Under the pieces are notes generated by a model. That model saw only the letters and a list, made by a program, of their open reading frames with translations, had not been told where the DNA came from and ran no database searches. Both the position numbers and the translations under genes were made by a program. From NCBI GenBank assembly GCA_902779565.1, contig CACZCD010000008.1, positions 571-64,570 on the forward strand: a DNA stretch of 64,000 bases, given 5' to 3'. Position 1 is the first letter of the stretch; every line of letters begins with the position of its first letter. Source of the DNA: an uncultured bacterium. Lineage in GTDB: Bacteria; Verrucomicrobiota; Kiritimatiellia; RFP12; UBA1067. Positions 1-9,612 of this stretch are shown in pieces.

Positions 1-210
1 GTCGCGGGCGGCGAGAAGGGGCCGGCGCTGGGTGTGGCCGGATGTTCGGTGACGAACGTGGTTGACCGCGTGGTGCCGGGCGACATCACGTCCGAGACAG
101 AGATCGCGGCGGCGTGGGGCAAGGTGGACCTGCTCAAGCGCATCGCGAGCCACCACGCGCTCTTCTACCTTTCCGCCCTCCGCAAGAGGAATGAATTCCC
201 AAACCAATAG
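1..210 (+). CDS. 3' end of an unidentified gene (partial, enters from upstream of the window)
   Basis: Frame 1 is open from nt 1 to TAG 208-210 (...VVPGDITSETEIAAAWGKVDLLKRIASHHALFYLSALRKRNEFPNQ*). Codon bias is host-like. No family recognised. Confidence 0.4.
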   Translation, partial: VAGGEKGPALGVAGCSVTNVVDRVVPGDITSETEIAAAWGKVDLLKRIASHHALFYLSALRKRNEFPNQ

Positions 211-236
211 CGAGCGGGATAGTCGCTTGCGCGATG

Positions 237-245
237 TGGTATAAT
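237..245 (+). promoter_or_regulatory. extended -10 box TGGTATAAT upstream of alaS
   Basis: TGGTATAAT at 237-245, GAAAGG Shine-Dalgarno-like at 257-262, ATG at 269, giving a short leader. Confidence 0.45.
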
Positions 246-268
246 ATTACGCTTTCGAAAGGTATGAA

Positions 269-2089
269 ATGAACAATCTGACTGCAGACGAACTGAGAGA
301 GGCGTATCTGTCCTTCTTTGAATCCAAGGGGCATGCGCGCATTCCGGGGGCTTCCCTGATTCCGGAGAACGATCCGACGGTGCTTTTTACGACGGCGGGC
401 ATGCATCCGCTCGTGCCGTACCTGATGGGGCAGATGCCGCATCCGGCGGGGACGCGTCTCACCGATGTGCAGAAGTGCGTGCGCACGGGCGACATCGACG
501 AGGTGGGCGACGCCGCGCATCTCACGTTCTTCGAGATGCTCGGCAACTGGTCGCTCAACGACTACTTCAAGAAGGAGGCGATCACTTGGAGTTTCGAGTT
601 CCTTACAGAGAAGCTCGGCTTCAGCCCTGATCAGCTCAGCGTCACCGTGTTCAAGGGTGAGGGCCAGGAGGGTGAGCCGGGCTACATTCCCGCCGACGAG
701 GAAGCCGCCGCCATCTGGCGGTCGCTCGGCATCCCGGATGAGCGCATCCACCGTCTGCCCCGCGAGGACAACTGGTGGGGTCCGGCCGGCACGACCGGTC
801 CCTGCGGTCCCGATACCGAGATGTTCATCGATACGGGCAAGGAGAAGTGCGGCCCCGACTGCCGCCCCGGCTGCCACTGCGGCAAGTACATCGAGATCTG
901 GAACGACGTGTTCATGCAGTACAACAAGAACGCGGAAGGGAAGTTCGAGCCGCTCGGGCGTCACAACGTCGATACGGGCATGGGCGTGGAGCGCACGGTG
1001 TGCATGCTCTCCGGCCAGCCGACCGTGTTCGACACGGAGATCTTCGCGCCCATCATGGCGAAGATCGACGAGCTTTCCACCACGAAGCCGGACGATCCCG
1101 AGCTGACGCTCCGCGCGCGCCGCATCGTCGCGGACCACATGCGCACGGCGACGTTCATCCTCTGCGATCCGAAGGGCGGCGTGAAGCCCGGCAACCTCGG
1201 CGCGAACTACGTGCTCCGGCGTCTCATCCGCCGTGCCGTGCGCTACAGCCGCTTCCTCGGCATCGCGCCGGGATTCACGGTGAAGCTCGCCGAGACGATC
1301 TGCGAGAAGTACAAGCACATCTATCCCGAGCTGGCGGAGAACCTCGCCACGTGCAAGACCGACCTTGAGGCCGAGGAGAACCGCTTCAACCAGACGCTCG
1401 ACAAGGGCGCGGCGATGTTCGCGAAAGTTGCCGAGCAGCTGAAGCTCCACAACCAAACGCAGATTTCCGGCAAGACGGCGTTCAAGCTCTACGACACCTT
1501 CGGCTATCCGCTGGAGATGACGCTTGAACTGGCCAAGGAGCAGGGGCTGGAGGTCGATGTGGCCGGTTTCGAGGAGGCGAACCGCAAGCATCAGGAACTT
1601 TCGCGTACCACGTCGGCCGGTTCGTTCAAGGCGGGCCTGCAGGACAACTCCGAGGTCGTCACGCGGATGCACACCGCCACGCACCTCCTGCACGCGGCGC
1701 TCCACAAGGTGCTGGGTCCGACGGCGAATCAGAAGGGTTCCAACATCACGGCGGAGCGTCTGCGCTTCGACTTCACCTGGCCCGAGAAGATGACGGACGA
1801 ACAGATCGCCGCCGTCGAGAAGCTCGTCAACGAGTGGATCCAGCAGGGCATCGAGGTGACGAAGAAGACCACGACCGTCGAAGAGGCGAAGGCTGAGGGC
1901 GCGATGGCGCTCTTCGGTTCAAAGTACGGCGATCAGGTGACGCTCTACACGATCGGCGACGTCTCGAAGGAAATCTGCTGCGGTCCGCACGTGCAGAACA
2001 CGAGCGAACTGGGCAGCTTCAAGATCCAGAAGGAGCAGTCGTCCTCTGCGGGCGTGCGTCGCATCAAGGCTGTGATTGGGAATATGTGA
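269..2089 (+). CDS. alaS: alanine--tRNA ligase, compact 606-aa form (aminoacylation plus editing core, no C-Ala domain)
   Basis: N-terminus ELREAYLSFFESKGHARIPGASLIPENDPTVLFTTAGMHPLVPYLMG, FFEMLGNWS, WGPAGTTGPCGPDTEMF and NDVFMQYN are class II AlaRS motifs. Editing-site motifs HTATHLLHAAL and CCGPHV are present. Confidence 0.92.
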   Translation: MNNLTADELREAYLSFFESKGHARIPGASLIPENDPTVLFTTAGMHPLVPYLMGQMPHPAGTRLTDVQKCVRTGDIDEVGDAAHLTFFEMLGNWSLNDYFKKEAITWSFEFLTEKLGFSPDQLSVTVFKGEGQEGEPGYIPADEEAAAIWRSLGIPDERIHRLPREDNWWGPAGTTGPCGPDTEMFIDTGKEKCGPDCRPGCHCGKYIEIWNDVFMQYNKNAEGKFEPLGRHNVDTGMGVERTVCMLSGQPTVFDTEIFAPIMAKIDELSTTKPDDPELTLRARRIVADHMRTATFILCDPKGGVKPGNLGANYVLRRLIRRAVRYSRFLGIAPGFTVKLAETICEKYKHIYPELAENLATCKTDLEAEENRFNQTLDKGAAMFAKVAEQLKLHNQTQISGKTAFKLYDTFGYPLEMTLELAKEQGLEVDVAGFEEANRKHQELSRTTSAGSFKAGLQDNSEVVTRMHTATHLLHAALHKVLGPTANQKGSNITAERLRFDFTWPEKMTDEQIAAVEKLVNEWIQQGIEVTKKTTTVEEAKAEGAMALFGSKYGDQVTLYTIGDVSKEICCGPHVQNTSELGSFKIQKEQSSSAGVRRIKAVIGNM

Positions 2090-2090
2090 T

Positions 2091-2132
2091 TAGTGACTAG
2101 TGGTTAGTGGCTAGTGGCTAGTGGCTAGTAGA
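2091..2132 (+). repeat. tandem heptamer array (TAGTGRY) x6, stops in all six frames
   Basis: tagtgac tagtggt tagtggc tagtggc tagtggc tagtaga begins 1 nt after the alaS TGA and ends ~5 nt before the GAGGGAGG SD of the next gene. Confidence 0.9.
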
Positions 2133-2149
2133 TGAGAGAGGGAGGCAAG

Positions 2150-3556
2150 ATGAAGGACATAGTACTGGTGCGGGGATTTGTTGCTGCGGCGGTGTTCTGC
2201 ACGGTCGGCGCTGTGTGTGGTGCGGAGTTCACGCATGAACTCAAGAGCGAGGCGAAGCCGTGGACGAGCGAGAAGTTCCTTGATGATCCGCAGGAGTTCC
2301 ACTTTGCGATCATCGGCGATCTCACCGGCGGCGAACGCAAGGGCATCTATGCGAAGGCGGTCACGGCGCTCAACCTGCTGCGTCCGGAGTTCGTGATGTC
2401 TGTGGGCGATCTCGTGGCGGGCGGCGGGGTATCGCGGCCCGATCTCGAAAAGCAGTGGGCGAGTTTCCGCGCACGGACGGCGAAGCTGGAGATGCCGTTC
2501 TTCCATGTGGTGGGGAACCACGACATCTGGACCGGCATCAAGGGCATGACCCCTGGGCGGCAGACCTCCATCGATCTCTGGAAGGAGTTGCATGGCACGA
2601 ACACGTACTACAGCTTCACGTACAAGGGGTGTCTGTTCGTGTGCCTCAATTCGATGGAGCGGCACGACTACTATCCGCCGCGCGAACCGTTGCCGGAATC
2701 GCAGCTCGAATGGGCGGCGGGCGAGTTCGAGCGGCATGCTGACGCACGGTGGCGGTTCATCTTCCTCCACAAGCCGCTCGATTTCATGAGCGACAGTTGG
2801 CTGCGGTTCGAGCGCCGGATCCAGAAGTATGGCTACACGGTGTTCTTCGGCGACTGGCACAACCACTGTACGGCGGTGCGTCACGGGAAGAAGTACCACA
2901 TGGTCGGCACGACGGGCGGCGGATTCGACTGCGGCGCGACAGGTGACGACCTTCGGTACGGCATCATGGATTCAATCACGTGGGTCACGGTCACGAAGAA
3001 GGGACCGGTCGTCTCGAACCTCGCGCTCTCCGGCATCCACGGCGACACGATCCAGACGTGTGCGACGACGAAGGGCTGGATCGAGGCGCCGCTCGACTAT
3101 CCTTCGCATCTTTCGGAGGATCCCGCCAAGTATGCGAACGAGAAGAACACGGCGATGATCCCGACCGAAGTGATGGAGGGGCCGGGGTACGACTGGCACT
3201 TCAAGCTCGCGGTGATGTTGCGGCAGGGGTGCGTCTATGATGCTGGCATTGAGAAGTTCAAGCCGGGACGGAAGCACGTGATTCTTCTGGGCGACGAGAC
3301 GGCGAGCGCATGCGCGGCGGACTACGGCGCGGACTGGCAGGTGTTCGACATGGGCTTTCCGGGCGACAAGGTTCAGAACGTGATGTGGCGCGTCATTCAG
3401 GGGACGCTTGCGGGCTACCTCCCGGACCGGATCGTCATCTCCGTCGGCAAGCACAACAGGGGCGCGAACACGGAGGCGGAGATTGCCGCCGCGCAGGCCA
3501 AGCTAATCGGCCTCGTGCGCGAACGCGCCCCGCAGGTTGAGCTTGTGGTGAAGTGA
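2150..3556 (+). CDS. secreted calcineurin-like metallophosphoesterase with C-terminal SGNH/GDSL-like domain
   Basis: Signal-like N-terminus. Phosphoesterase motifs IIGDLTGG, SVGDLV, VVGNHD. The C-terminal part LLGDETAS...VQNVMWRV...VGKHN resembles an SGNH hydrolase, with GDE in place of GDS. ATG 2150 is preferred over track start 2132 because the GGGAGG SD lies at 2139-2144. Confidence 0.7.
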   Translation: MKDIVLVRGFVAAAVFCTVGAVCGAEFTHELKSEAKPWTSEKFLDDPQEFHFAIIGDLTGGERKGIYAKAVTALNLLRPEFVMSVGDLVAGGGVSRPDLEKQWASFRARTAKLEMPFFHVVGNHDIWTGIKGMTPGRQTSIDLWKELHGTNTYYSFTYKGCLFVCLNSMERHDYYPPREPLPESQLEWAAGEFERHADARWRFIFLHKPLDFMSDSWLRFERRIQKYGYTVFFGDWHNHCTAVRHGKKYHMVGTTGGGFDCGATGDDLRYGIMDSITWVTVTKKGPVVSNLALSGIHGDTIQTCATTKGWIEAPLDYPSHLSEDPAKYANEKNTAMIPTEVMEGPGYDWHFKLAVMLRQGCVYDAGIEKFKPGRKHVILLGDETASACAADYGADWQVFDMGFPGDKVQNVMWRVIQGTLAGYLPDRIVISVGKHNRGANTEAEIAAAQAKLIGLVRERAPQVELVVK

Positions 3557-3574
3557 CGCGGCTGGACCGTCGCG

Positions 3575-5047
3575 TTAGCGCGCCGTTTCGCTGTCTTTGC
3601 CGCTGTGGCGGGCGAGGAAGTCGCGGGTGGTGCGCATGACCACCGGCGAGAGCAGGATCAGCGCGACGAGGTTCGGGAACGCCATCAGTCCGTTGAAGAT
3701 ATCCGCGATACCCCACACCATCGAGACGGTGAGGTAGGGTCCGATCGCGACGACGGCGACGTAGAGGAGCCGGTAGCCTTTGATGATGTGGGTGCGGTGC
3801 ATCCCCACGAGGTACTCCAGGCATTTCTCCGAATAGTAGTCCCAGCCGAGAATCGTGGTGAAGGCGAAGAACGCCAGCGCCGTCATCAGGAAGAAGGGCA
3901 CGATCGCCGCGCCACCGGGAATGAAGGAGAGTCCGCGCGAGAAGGCCTCGATCGTCACGTTCACGCCCTCAAGCTTGAGGGTTGGATCCCATGCGCCGGA
4001 GAGGACGATCGTGAGGCCTGTCATGGTGCAGATCACGGTGGTGTCGATGAAAGTGCCGGTCATCGACACGAAGCCCTGCCGGGCCGGCTCGTTCGTCTTT
4101 GCGGCGGCGGCGGCGATCGGTTCGGAGCCGAGGCCGGCCTCGTTCGAGAAGATGCCGCGGGCGACGCCCTTCTGCAGGGCGATGAACAGCGTGCCGACGG
4201 CGCCGCCCGTCACGGCGGCGGGATTGAACGCCGCCTTGACGATCAGGCAGAGGGCGTCGGGGATCTTCTCGAGGTTGCCGAGCATCACCAGCAGGCAGAC
4301 GAGCGTGTAGGAGACGGCCATGAAGGGCACCACCACCATCGAGACCTTCGCGATGCGCTTGAGTCCGCCGATGACCACGAGCCCCACGCAGAGCGTGACG
4401 GCCGCGCCCGCGATCATCACGGAGAGGGAGTAGGTGTTCCCGAGTATCTGGATGCCGGTCGTGGGGTCGCTTGGGTTGAAGGAGGGGTCGAAGAACCGCT
4501 GGACGGCCGAGGCGATGCCATGGATCTGGGTGATCGTGCCGGTTCCGAAGAGTCCGGCGCAGATGCCGAACGCCGCGAACAGCACGGCGAGCGGCTTCCA
4601 TTTCCGGCCGAGTCCGCGCTCGATGTAGTAGAAGGGACCGCCCAGCACGCGTCCGTCCGGGGCGACCTCGCGGTACTTCACCGCCAGCAGGCCCTCGGCG
4701 TACTTGGTCGCCATGCCGAACAGGGCGGCGACCTCCATCCAGAAGAGCGCGCCGGGACCGCCGGTGGTGATGGCGGTCGCCACGCCGACGATGTTGCCGG
4801 TGCCGATTGTGGCGGAGAGGGCGGTGCAGAGCGCACCGAATGCCGACACCTCGCCGTGGTGCCCCTCGCCCTGATGGAACACGTACCGGAAGGCGCTCCC
4901 GAGATGGAGGATGTGCCGGAAGCGGAGCATCAGCGAGAGCACGATGCCGGTTGCGAGGATGGAGCCGATGAGCGGGATGCCCCATACGAGGTCGTCCACC
5001 TGGTTGACGATCTTTGTCAGCGATTCCAGCGTAGCGGCAAGGTCCAT
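3575..5047 (-). CDS. alanine/glycine:cation symporter (AGCS family)
   Basis: GEVSAFGALCTALSATIGTGNIVGVATAI and FSNEAGLGSEPIAAAAAKT are AGCS signatures, with multiple TM segments. ATG 5047 (MDLAATLE) is preferred; the track start is a TTG at 5068. Confidence 0.85.
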   Translation of the reverse strand: MDLAATLESLTKIVNQVDDLVWGIPLIGSILATGIVLSLMLRFRHILHLGSAFRYVFHQGEGHHGEVSAFGALCTALSATIGTGNIVGVATAITTGGPGALFWMEVAALFGMATKYAEGLLAVKYREVAPDGRVLGGPFYYIERGLGRKWKPLAVLFAAFGICAGLFGTGTITQIHGIASAVQRFFDPSFNPSDPTTGIQILGNTYSLSVMIAGAAVTLCVGLVVIGGLKRIAKVSMVVVPFMAVSYTLVCLLVMLGNLEKIPDALCLIVKAAFNPAAVTGGAVGTLFIALQKGVARGIFSNEAGLGSEPIAAAAAKTNEPARQGFVSMTGTFIDTTVICTMTGLTIVLSGAWDPTLKLEGVNVTIEAFSRGLSFIPGGAAIVPFFLMTALAFFAFTTILGWDYYSEKCLEYLVGMHRTHIIKGYRLLYVAVVAIGPYLTVSMVWGIADIFNGLMAFPNLVALILLSPVVMRTTRDFLARHSGKDSETAR

Positions 5048-5048
5048 G

Positions 5049-6443
5049 TCAGATTCTCCATCCTCCAATGTTGAAAATACGGCAGATCTCGGAAATCAAA
5101 ATCGCGAGCACCAGAAGGGGCGCGACGAACTTCACCATCACGGCGTAGAAGAGCCGGAAGCCCACGGCGCTGCCGTCGCGCTGGCATTCCGCCAAAATGC
5201 GTTTCGGGTGCAGCACCCAGCCGACGAACGCGCAGATGAGCGCGGCCACGATGGGCGTGAGAACGTTCATCGACGAGTCGAAGAAGTCGAGCGCGGGGAG
5301 CCCGAACGGCTTGAACACCGCCCAGCGTCCGTAGCCGAACGCGGAGAGCGAGCCGAGGACGACGGTCCAGAGCATGACGGCGGAGACGGCGGCGTTGCGC
5401 CGGATGTGGAAGAAGTCGCACACCGCCGCCACGCACGCCTCCGTCATCGAGATGGCGCTCGTGAACGCGGCGAAGAGAACGAGCACGAAGAAGAGGAATC
5501 CCACCCAGGCGCCGGCGGCGCCGAGCGAGGCGAACACCTTCGGGAGCGTGACGAACATGAGTCCGGGGCCGGCGTCGATCGCGGCGCGCCCGCCGCCGGA
5601 CTTCGCCGCGAACATCACCACGACGGGGATGATCATGAAGCCGGAGAGGATGGCGACGAAGGTGTCGGCGGCGACGATCCGCACGGAGGCCTTGGGGACG
5701 GAGTCGCAGCGGCGCATGTAGCTGCCGTAGGTGATCATGATGCCCATCGCGAGGGAGAGCGAGTAGAACATCTGCCCCATCGCGCCGAGGATGACCTTGC
5801 CGAGGTTGTCGCACGACGAGAAGTCGGGGATGAGGTAGAAGCGGATGCCTTCGCCGGCGCCGGGCAGCAGGGCGACATAGACGGCCAGCCCCACCGCCAT
5901 CAGCAGGAGGATCGGCATCATCACGAGGTTGGCCTTCTCGATGCCGTTCTTCACGCCCATCACGATCACGGCGCATGACACCGCCGTGAAGATCGCCATG
6001 CACACGAACGGGTCCCACGGCGCGGTGATGAACGAATCGAAGAACCCCTGCGGGTTCTCGAGTCCGCCGCCGCCCGCGACGAGCTTGAGGTAGGCGGTGA
6101 AGTACTTGATCACCCAGCCGCCGATGACGTTGTAGTAGGGGAGGATGAAGAGCGGCACGATTGTGGACAGCACGCCGAGGAAGTTCCAGCGCGGGTGGCC
6201 GAGCGCACGGAATGCCGTGAGCTGGCTCTGCCGCGAGTAGCGTCCGATCGCGATCTCCGTGATGAGCAGCGTGAAGCCGAGCGTGAGCGACAGGGCGAGG
6301 TACACGGCGATGAACACGCCGCCGCCGTAGCGCGCCGCGAGGTAGGGGAAGCGCCAGAGGTTGCCGAGGCCGATCGCCGAAGCCGCCGCCGCGAGGACGA
6401 ACGCCACCGAACCTGACCAACTCGCGCGCTTGGGCTTCTCCAT
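5049..6443 (-). CDS. sodium-dependent transporter, NSS (SNF) family
   Basis: AIGLGNLWRFPYLAARYGGGVF is the NSS family signature, with ~11-12 TM segments. ATG 6443 (MEKPKRASW) is preferred. The stop lies 1 nt before the start of the downstream AGCS gene. Confidence 0.85.
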   Translation of the reverse strand: MEKPKRASWSGSVAFVLAAAASAIGLGNLWRFPYLAARYGGGVFIAVYLALSLTLGFTLLITEIAIGRYSRQSQLTAFRALGHPRWNFLGVLSTIVPLFILPYYNVIGGWVIKYFTAYLKLVAGGGGLENPQGFFDSFITAPWDPFVCMAIFTAVSCAVIVMGVKNGIEKANLVMMPILLLMAVGLAVYVALLPGAGEGIRFYLIPDFSSCDNLGKVILGAMGQMFYSLSLAMGIMITYGSYMRRCDSVPKASVRIVAADTFVAILSGFMIIPVVVMFAAKSGGGRAAIDAGPGLMFVTLPKVFASLGAAGAWVGFLFFVLVLFAAFTSAISMTEACVAAVCDFFHIRRNAAVSAVMLWTVVLGSLSAFGYGRWAVFKPFGLPALDFFDSSMNVLTPIVAALICAFVGWVLHPKRILAECQRDGSAVGFRLFYAVMVKFVAPLLVLAILISEICRIFNIGGWRI

Positions 6444-6450
6444 GTGCCGG

Positions 6451-7125
6451 TTACGCCTTTCCGGAGAGGGTATCAATGCCGGAGGTGGTACCGAACACGA
6501 TAAGCTTGTCCTCGGCCTCGAACGCGTCGTTGTTGGGGTTCGGGATGATGATCTGGAGCGGCTTCCGGTTGTTCTTCGGGTCGGGACGGCGGATGCAGAG
6601 GACGGTCACGCCGCTCTTCTTGCGGAGATCCGCTTCGGCGAGCGTCTTGCCCACGCACGCCTCCGGCACGTCGATCTCGGCGAGGGAGAGGCCCTCGGAG
6701 ATCTCCAGAAGGTCGTAGGCGTTGTGTTCCGTGATGCTGCGCGCGAGGCGGTGGGCGCTTTCCCGGTCCGGATAGACCACGTGGTCCGCGCCGAGCTTGT
6801 CGAGGATTTTGCCGTGGATCTCGCTGGTCGCCTTGGAGATGACGTTTTTGATCCCCAGTTCCTTGCAGTTGGCGGTCACGAGCATGGAGGCCTCGACGTT
6901 CGAACCGATGGCCACGACAACGGTGTCGCATTCCGAAATGCCGGCGGATTCAAGGGCGTTGGCGCTTGTCGCGTCACACTGGATGGCCCAGGTGACCTTC
7001 TTGATGGCGCTCTGCACAAGCGCATTGTTGCGGTCGATCAGCAGAACCTCGATTCCGGTTTCCGCCAATGCTTCCGCGAGAGAGAGGCCGAACCTTCCGG
7101 CCCCGATGATTCCAACTCTTTTCAT
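6451..7125 (-). CDS. trkA: TrkA/KtrA-type RCK regulatory protein (TrkA-N plus TrkA-C)
   Basis: MKRVGIIGAGRFGLSLAEALAETGIEVLLIDRN Rossmann motif plus a C-terminal RCK_C-like part (LLEISEGLSLAEIDVPEACVGKTLAEADLRKKSGVTVLCIRR). Confidence 0.8.
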   Translation of the reverse strand: MKRVGIIGAGRFGLSLAEALAETGIEVLLIDRNNALVQSAIKKVTWAIQCDATSANALESAGISECDTVVVAIGSNVEASMLVTANCKELGIKNVISKATSEIHGKILDKLGADHVVYPDRESAHRLARSITEHNAYDLLEISEGLSLAEIDVPEACVGKTLAEADLRKKSGVTVLCIRRPDPKNNRKPLQIIIPNPNNDAFEAEDKLIVFGTTSGIDTLSGKA

Positions 7126-7154
7126 TTAAGTCCCTATTTGGTGCACAGGTGCGT

Positions 7155-7182
7155 AATGTACCATATCTTTCGGTAAAATCAA
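7155..7182 (-). promoter_or_regulatory. sigma70-type promoter of the trkA-NSS-AGCS operon
   Basis: On the minus strand: TTGATT (7182-7177), 16-nt spacer, TGgTACATT (7163-7155). An AGGGA SD precedes ATG 7125. Confidence 0.4.
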
Positions 7183-7222
7183 GCGAAAATGGGTGATAGG
7201 GAAGATTCCGCAGTGACGGCCG

Positions 7223-9529
7223 TCACGGACAGCGCTCAACGCGGAAGTCGTAGAAGAAGTTCCGGCCCTCGCAGGCGATGATGCCGGCGAGGAAGGTATC
7301 CGGCAGCCGGTCGTCAACATAGCTGAGGGTATAGCCCCCGCACGCCACCTTCATCTCCTTGCGTCCGTTCTTGTTATATGCGACGGCGACCTGGAGATCG
7401 TACCGTTCGTTGGCGCGGAACTCCGCCGCCTTCGGCAGAAGCAGCGAAGCGGCCTTGTGCCACCGCTGACGCCCGTTCACGAAGAAATGGTGCCACACGT
7501 TGATGCCGCCGTCGTAGAGGCACACCTCCCAGTGGTCGCGGAACTCCGCCGCCCCCGTCTTGGCGTCCGGCACGAGAAAGGGCGCCAGCACCACGATGGG
7601 GGCCATGCGATGGTCGAAGGACATCGTGGATGAGACGCGCGAGCCGATCTCGAAGCGGCTGCGGTGCATGAGCGCGGCGTAAACCGTGTCGTGGTGCTTC
7701 CGGTACACCTCGTCGCCGGGCACGTCCGGGCAATGGTTCACAATCGCGTCGTCGCGCTGGTCGAAGGTACCGAGGTAGTCCCAACGCCAGCTCTTCGCGG
7801 GAAAGAAGTCCGCCGGATCCCATTTCCCGCGCGCGAAGGAGACCTTCACGGGCTGCCGCCGGACGGCCTCGATCCGCTGCCCGTCCGCAATGAGGCGGGC
7901 GGCGAGCCGCGGATAGTCGAGATCCTGCGCGGCGCAGCCCGCTTCGATCGCGAGCGCGGCCGCCGTCGCGGCGGACTGCCCGAGCGCGAAGAACACCGGC
8001 TCCATGCGGATCGACCCGTAGGCGATGTGCGACGCGGAGAGGCACACCGGCACGAACAGGTTCCCGCATTCGGCCTTCTTCGGCAGGATGGCGCCGTAGT
8101 CGATCGGATAGGGACCTTTCCGCACGCCGACCTCTACGTTCCCCTCGTTCCGCACGAGGCCGCCTTCCGCCACATAGCGCCGCACATGATGCGAATCCAT
8201 CGTGTAGGCGGCGAGCGCGATCGGCCGCGGTGCCGTCTGCTCATGCGTGCAGTGGTGCTCGGTCATCACGAAATCGCCCACCATGCGGCGTGCTTCGCGC
8301 ACGTAGAGCTGCCGCTGCCAGCCGTCGCCGAAACCATCGAGGAACTCGTCCTTGCAGGTGCCCCATTTCGATGCGAAGTTGCGCACCGCCTGCGGCACGC
8401 GCGGATGGTTCGCGAGCGTCCAGAAGAACCCCTGCTGGTAGCGGAGATGGGCCGCCACGATCCGTTCGCGGTCCGCATACGACGCTTCGGCGTAGGACCA
8501 GTTCTGTCCGATGAAGTCCGTGGAGGTGCCGAGGTTGTTGTTCGTGTCCGTCTTGCGGTTCGGCTGCCGCGCATTGCCGATCACGCCAATCCCCTCGCCC
8601 GCCTCGAGGTTGCGGAAGAGCAGCTCGTAGTCGCGTTCGTCGTAGCCGGCGGGCTTCTTGAACGGGATGCGGTTCTCCGGAACATCCGTGAGGCAGCTGC
8701 GGAAGCAGTAGGCCTGCACGCGGGCGTCGCCCGTGCCGGGCGGCTCGATTGGGCCCGGCTCGATGCCCGGCAGGATGCCGCTCTTCGGATCGCCGGGCTT
8801 CACATAGGCGCTCACGCCCGGCTTGAAGTTGTGGTGGTTCGCGCTCGGCACGAACGGCTGGCAGCCGTTCAGCGTTTCGCCATAGACGCTGTTCGATTCG
8901 CGCCCGACCGTGTACGAGACGCCCGCCGCCGCCATGAGATCGCCCTCGTAGGTGGCGTCGATGAACATCTTCGCGGCGAAACGCCGCCCCGACTCCATGC
9001 GGATCGCGACGATCTTCCCCTCCGCCTTCTCCACGCCGAACCCGCCGCGGTCGAGCCGCTCGCCGCGCACGATCGTCAGCTCGTCGCGCTTCACCCAGCC
9101 CTCGAGAATCGCGAGCGCCACCTTCGGCTCGAAGGTCCACATGGCGTCTTCGCGCCAGAAGTCCGCCTCCCAGTTCTTGATCTTCGGGTGGTTCTTCTTG
9201 TAATCCTCGCGTCGCTCGTAGTTCCAGCTGGCGTCGTCCGCATAGTGGGCCTTGACGGCGCGGTAGAACTCGCGGGCGATGCCGCCGATGGCGGACTTGT
9301 TGCCGATGTCCGTCTGGCCGAGCCCACCGGTCGTGAGCCCGCCGATGCGGCCTTCAGGTGCGATCACCACGGCGCGGCACCCCATTCGCGAGGCCTGAAC
9401 CGCCGCCGAGATTCCGGCCGACGTGCCGCCGTAGATCACGATGTCGTAGAGGTTGGATGCGCTTTGCGCAGGGCTCGGAAATGTCACGGCCGAAACAAAG
9501 GCCGCCACGGCAAGAGAGATAGGTTTCAT
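7223..9529 (-). CDS. secreted FAD-dependent oxidoreductase (PF12831-like) with C-terminal beta-sandwich-like extension
   Basis: Signal peptide MKPISLAVAAFVSAVTFPSPAQS, then the dinucleotide fold YDIVIYGGTSAGISAAVQASRMG...GGLTTGG. 768 aa. Confidence 0.7.
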   Translation of the reverse strand: MKPISLAVAAFVSAVTFPSPAQSASNLYDIVIYGGTSAGISAAVQASRMGCRAVVIAPEGRIGGLTTGGLGQTDIGNKSAIGGIAREFYRAVKAHYADDASWNYERREDYKKNHPKIKNWEADFWREDAMWTFEPKVALAILEGWVKRDELTIVRGERLDRGGFGVEKAEGKIVAIRMESGRRFAAKMFIDATYEGDLMAAAGVSYTVGRESNSVYGETLNGCQPFVPSANHHNFKPGVSAYVKPGDPKSGILPGIEPGPIEPPGTGDARVQAYCFRSCLTDVPENRIPFKKPAGYDERDYELLFRNLEAGEGIGVIGNARQPNRKTDTNNNLGTSTDFIGQNWSYAEASYADRERIVAAHLRYQQGFFWTLANHPRVPQAVRNFASKWGTCKDEFLDGFGDGWQRQLYVREARRMVGDFVMTEHHCTHEQTAPRPIALAAYTMDSHHVRRYVAEGGLVRNEGNVEVGVRKGPYPIDYGAILPKKAECGNLFVPVCLSASHIAYGSIRMEPVFFALGQSAATAAALAIEAGCAAQDLDYPRLAARLIADGQRIEAVRRQPVKVSFARGKWDPADFFPAKSWRWDYLGTFDQRDDAIVNHCPDVPGDEVYRKHHDTVYAALMHRSRFEIGSRVSSTMSFDHRMAPIVVLAPFLVPDAKTGAAEFRDHWEVCLYDGGINVWHHFFVNGRQRWHKAASLLLPKAAEFRANERYDLQVAVAYNKNGRKEMKVACGGYTLSYVDDRLPDTFLAGIIACEGRNFFYDFRVERCP

Positions 9530-9612
9530 AGGTCGCGCATTATATCATAAAGCGCGCGGAGGCCGCAGCCGGACCTGCTCCAGTGTAAGATTGCGCCGCG
9601 CAGAGCGTTTTT

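Noticed and set aside
134-1705. Very long antisense or overlapping ORFs in the six-frame track. Examples are 134..1705(-), 3605..5074(+), 7664..9550(+), 9545..11128(-), 14151..15071(-), 18030..19517(-), 19656..21089(-), 25207..27663(-) and 48033..50576(-).
   Set aside because: They lie opposite or out of frame to genes with clear family signatures. They are Arg/Pro/Gly/Ala-rich low-complexity translations, typical of stop-poor alternative frames in >60% GC DNA, and they lack SD or promoter context.
2150-3556. An inactive SGNH domain (GDE instead of the GDS nucleophile motif) as a notable finding.
   Set aside because: My alignment of the C-terminal domain to the SGNH consensus is by eye only. 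The block I motif could be mis-assigned, so the evidence is too weak to report as a finding.
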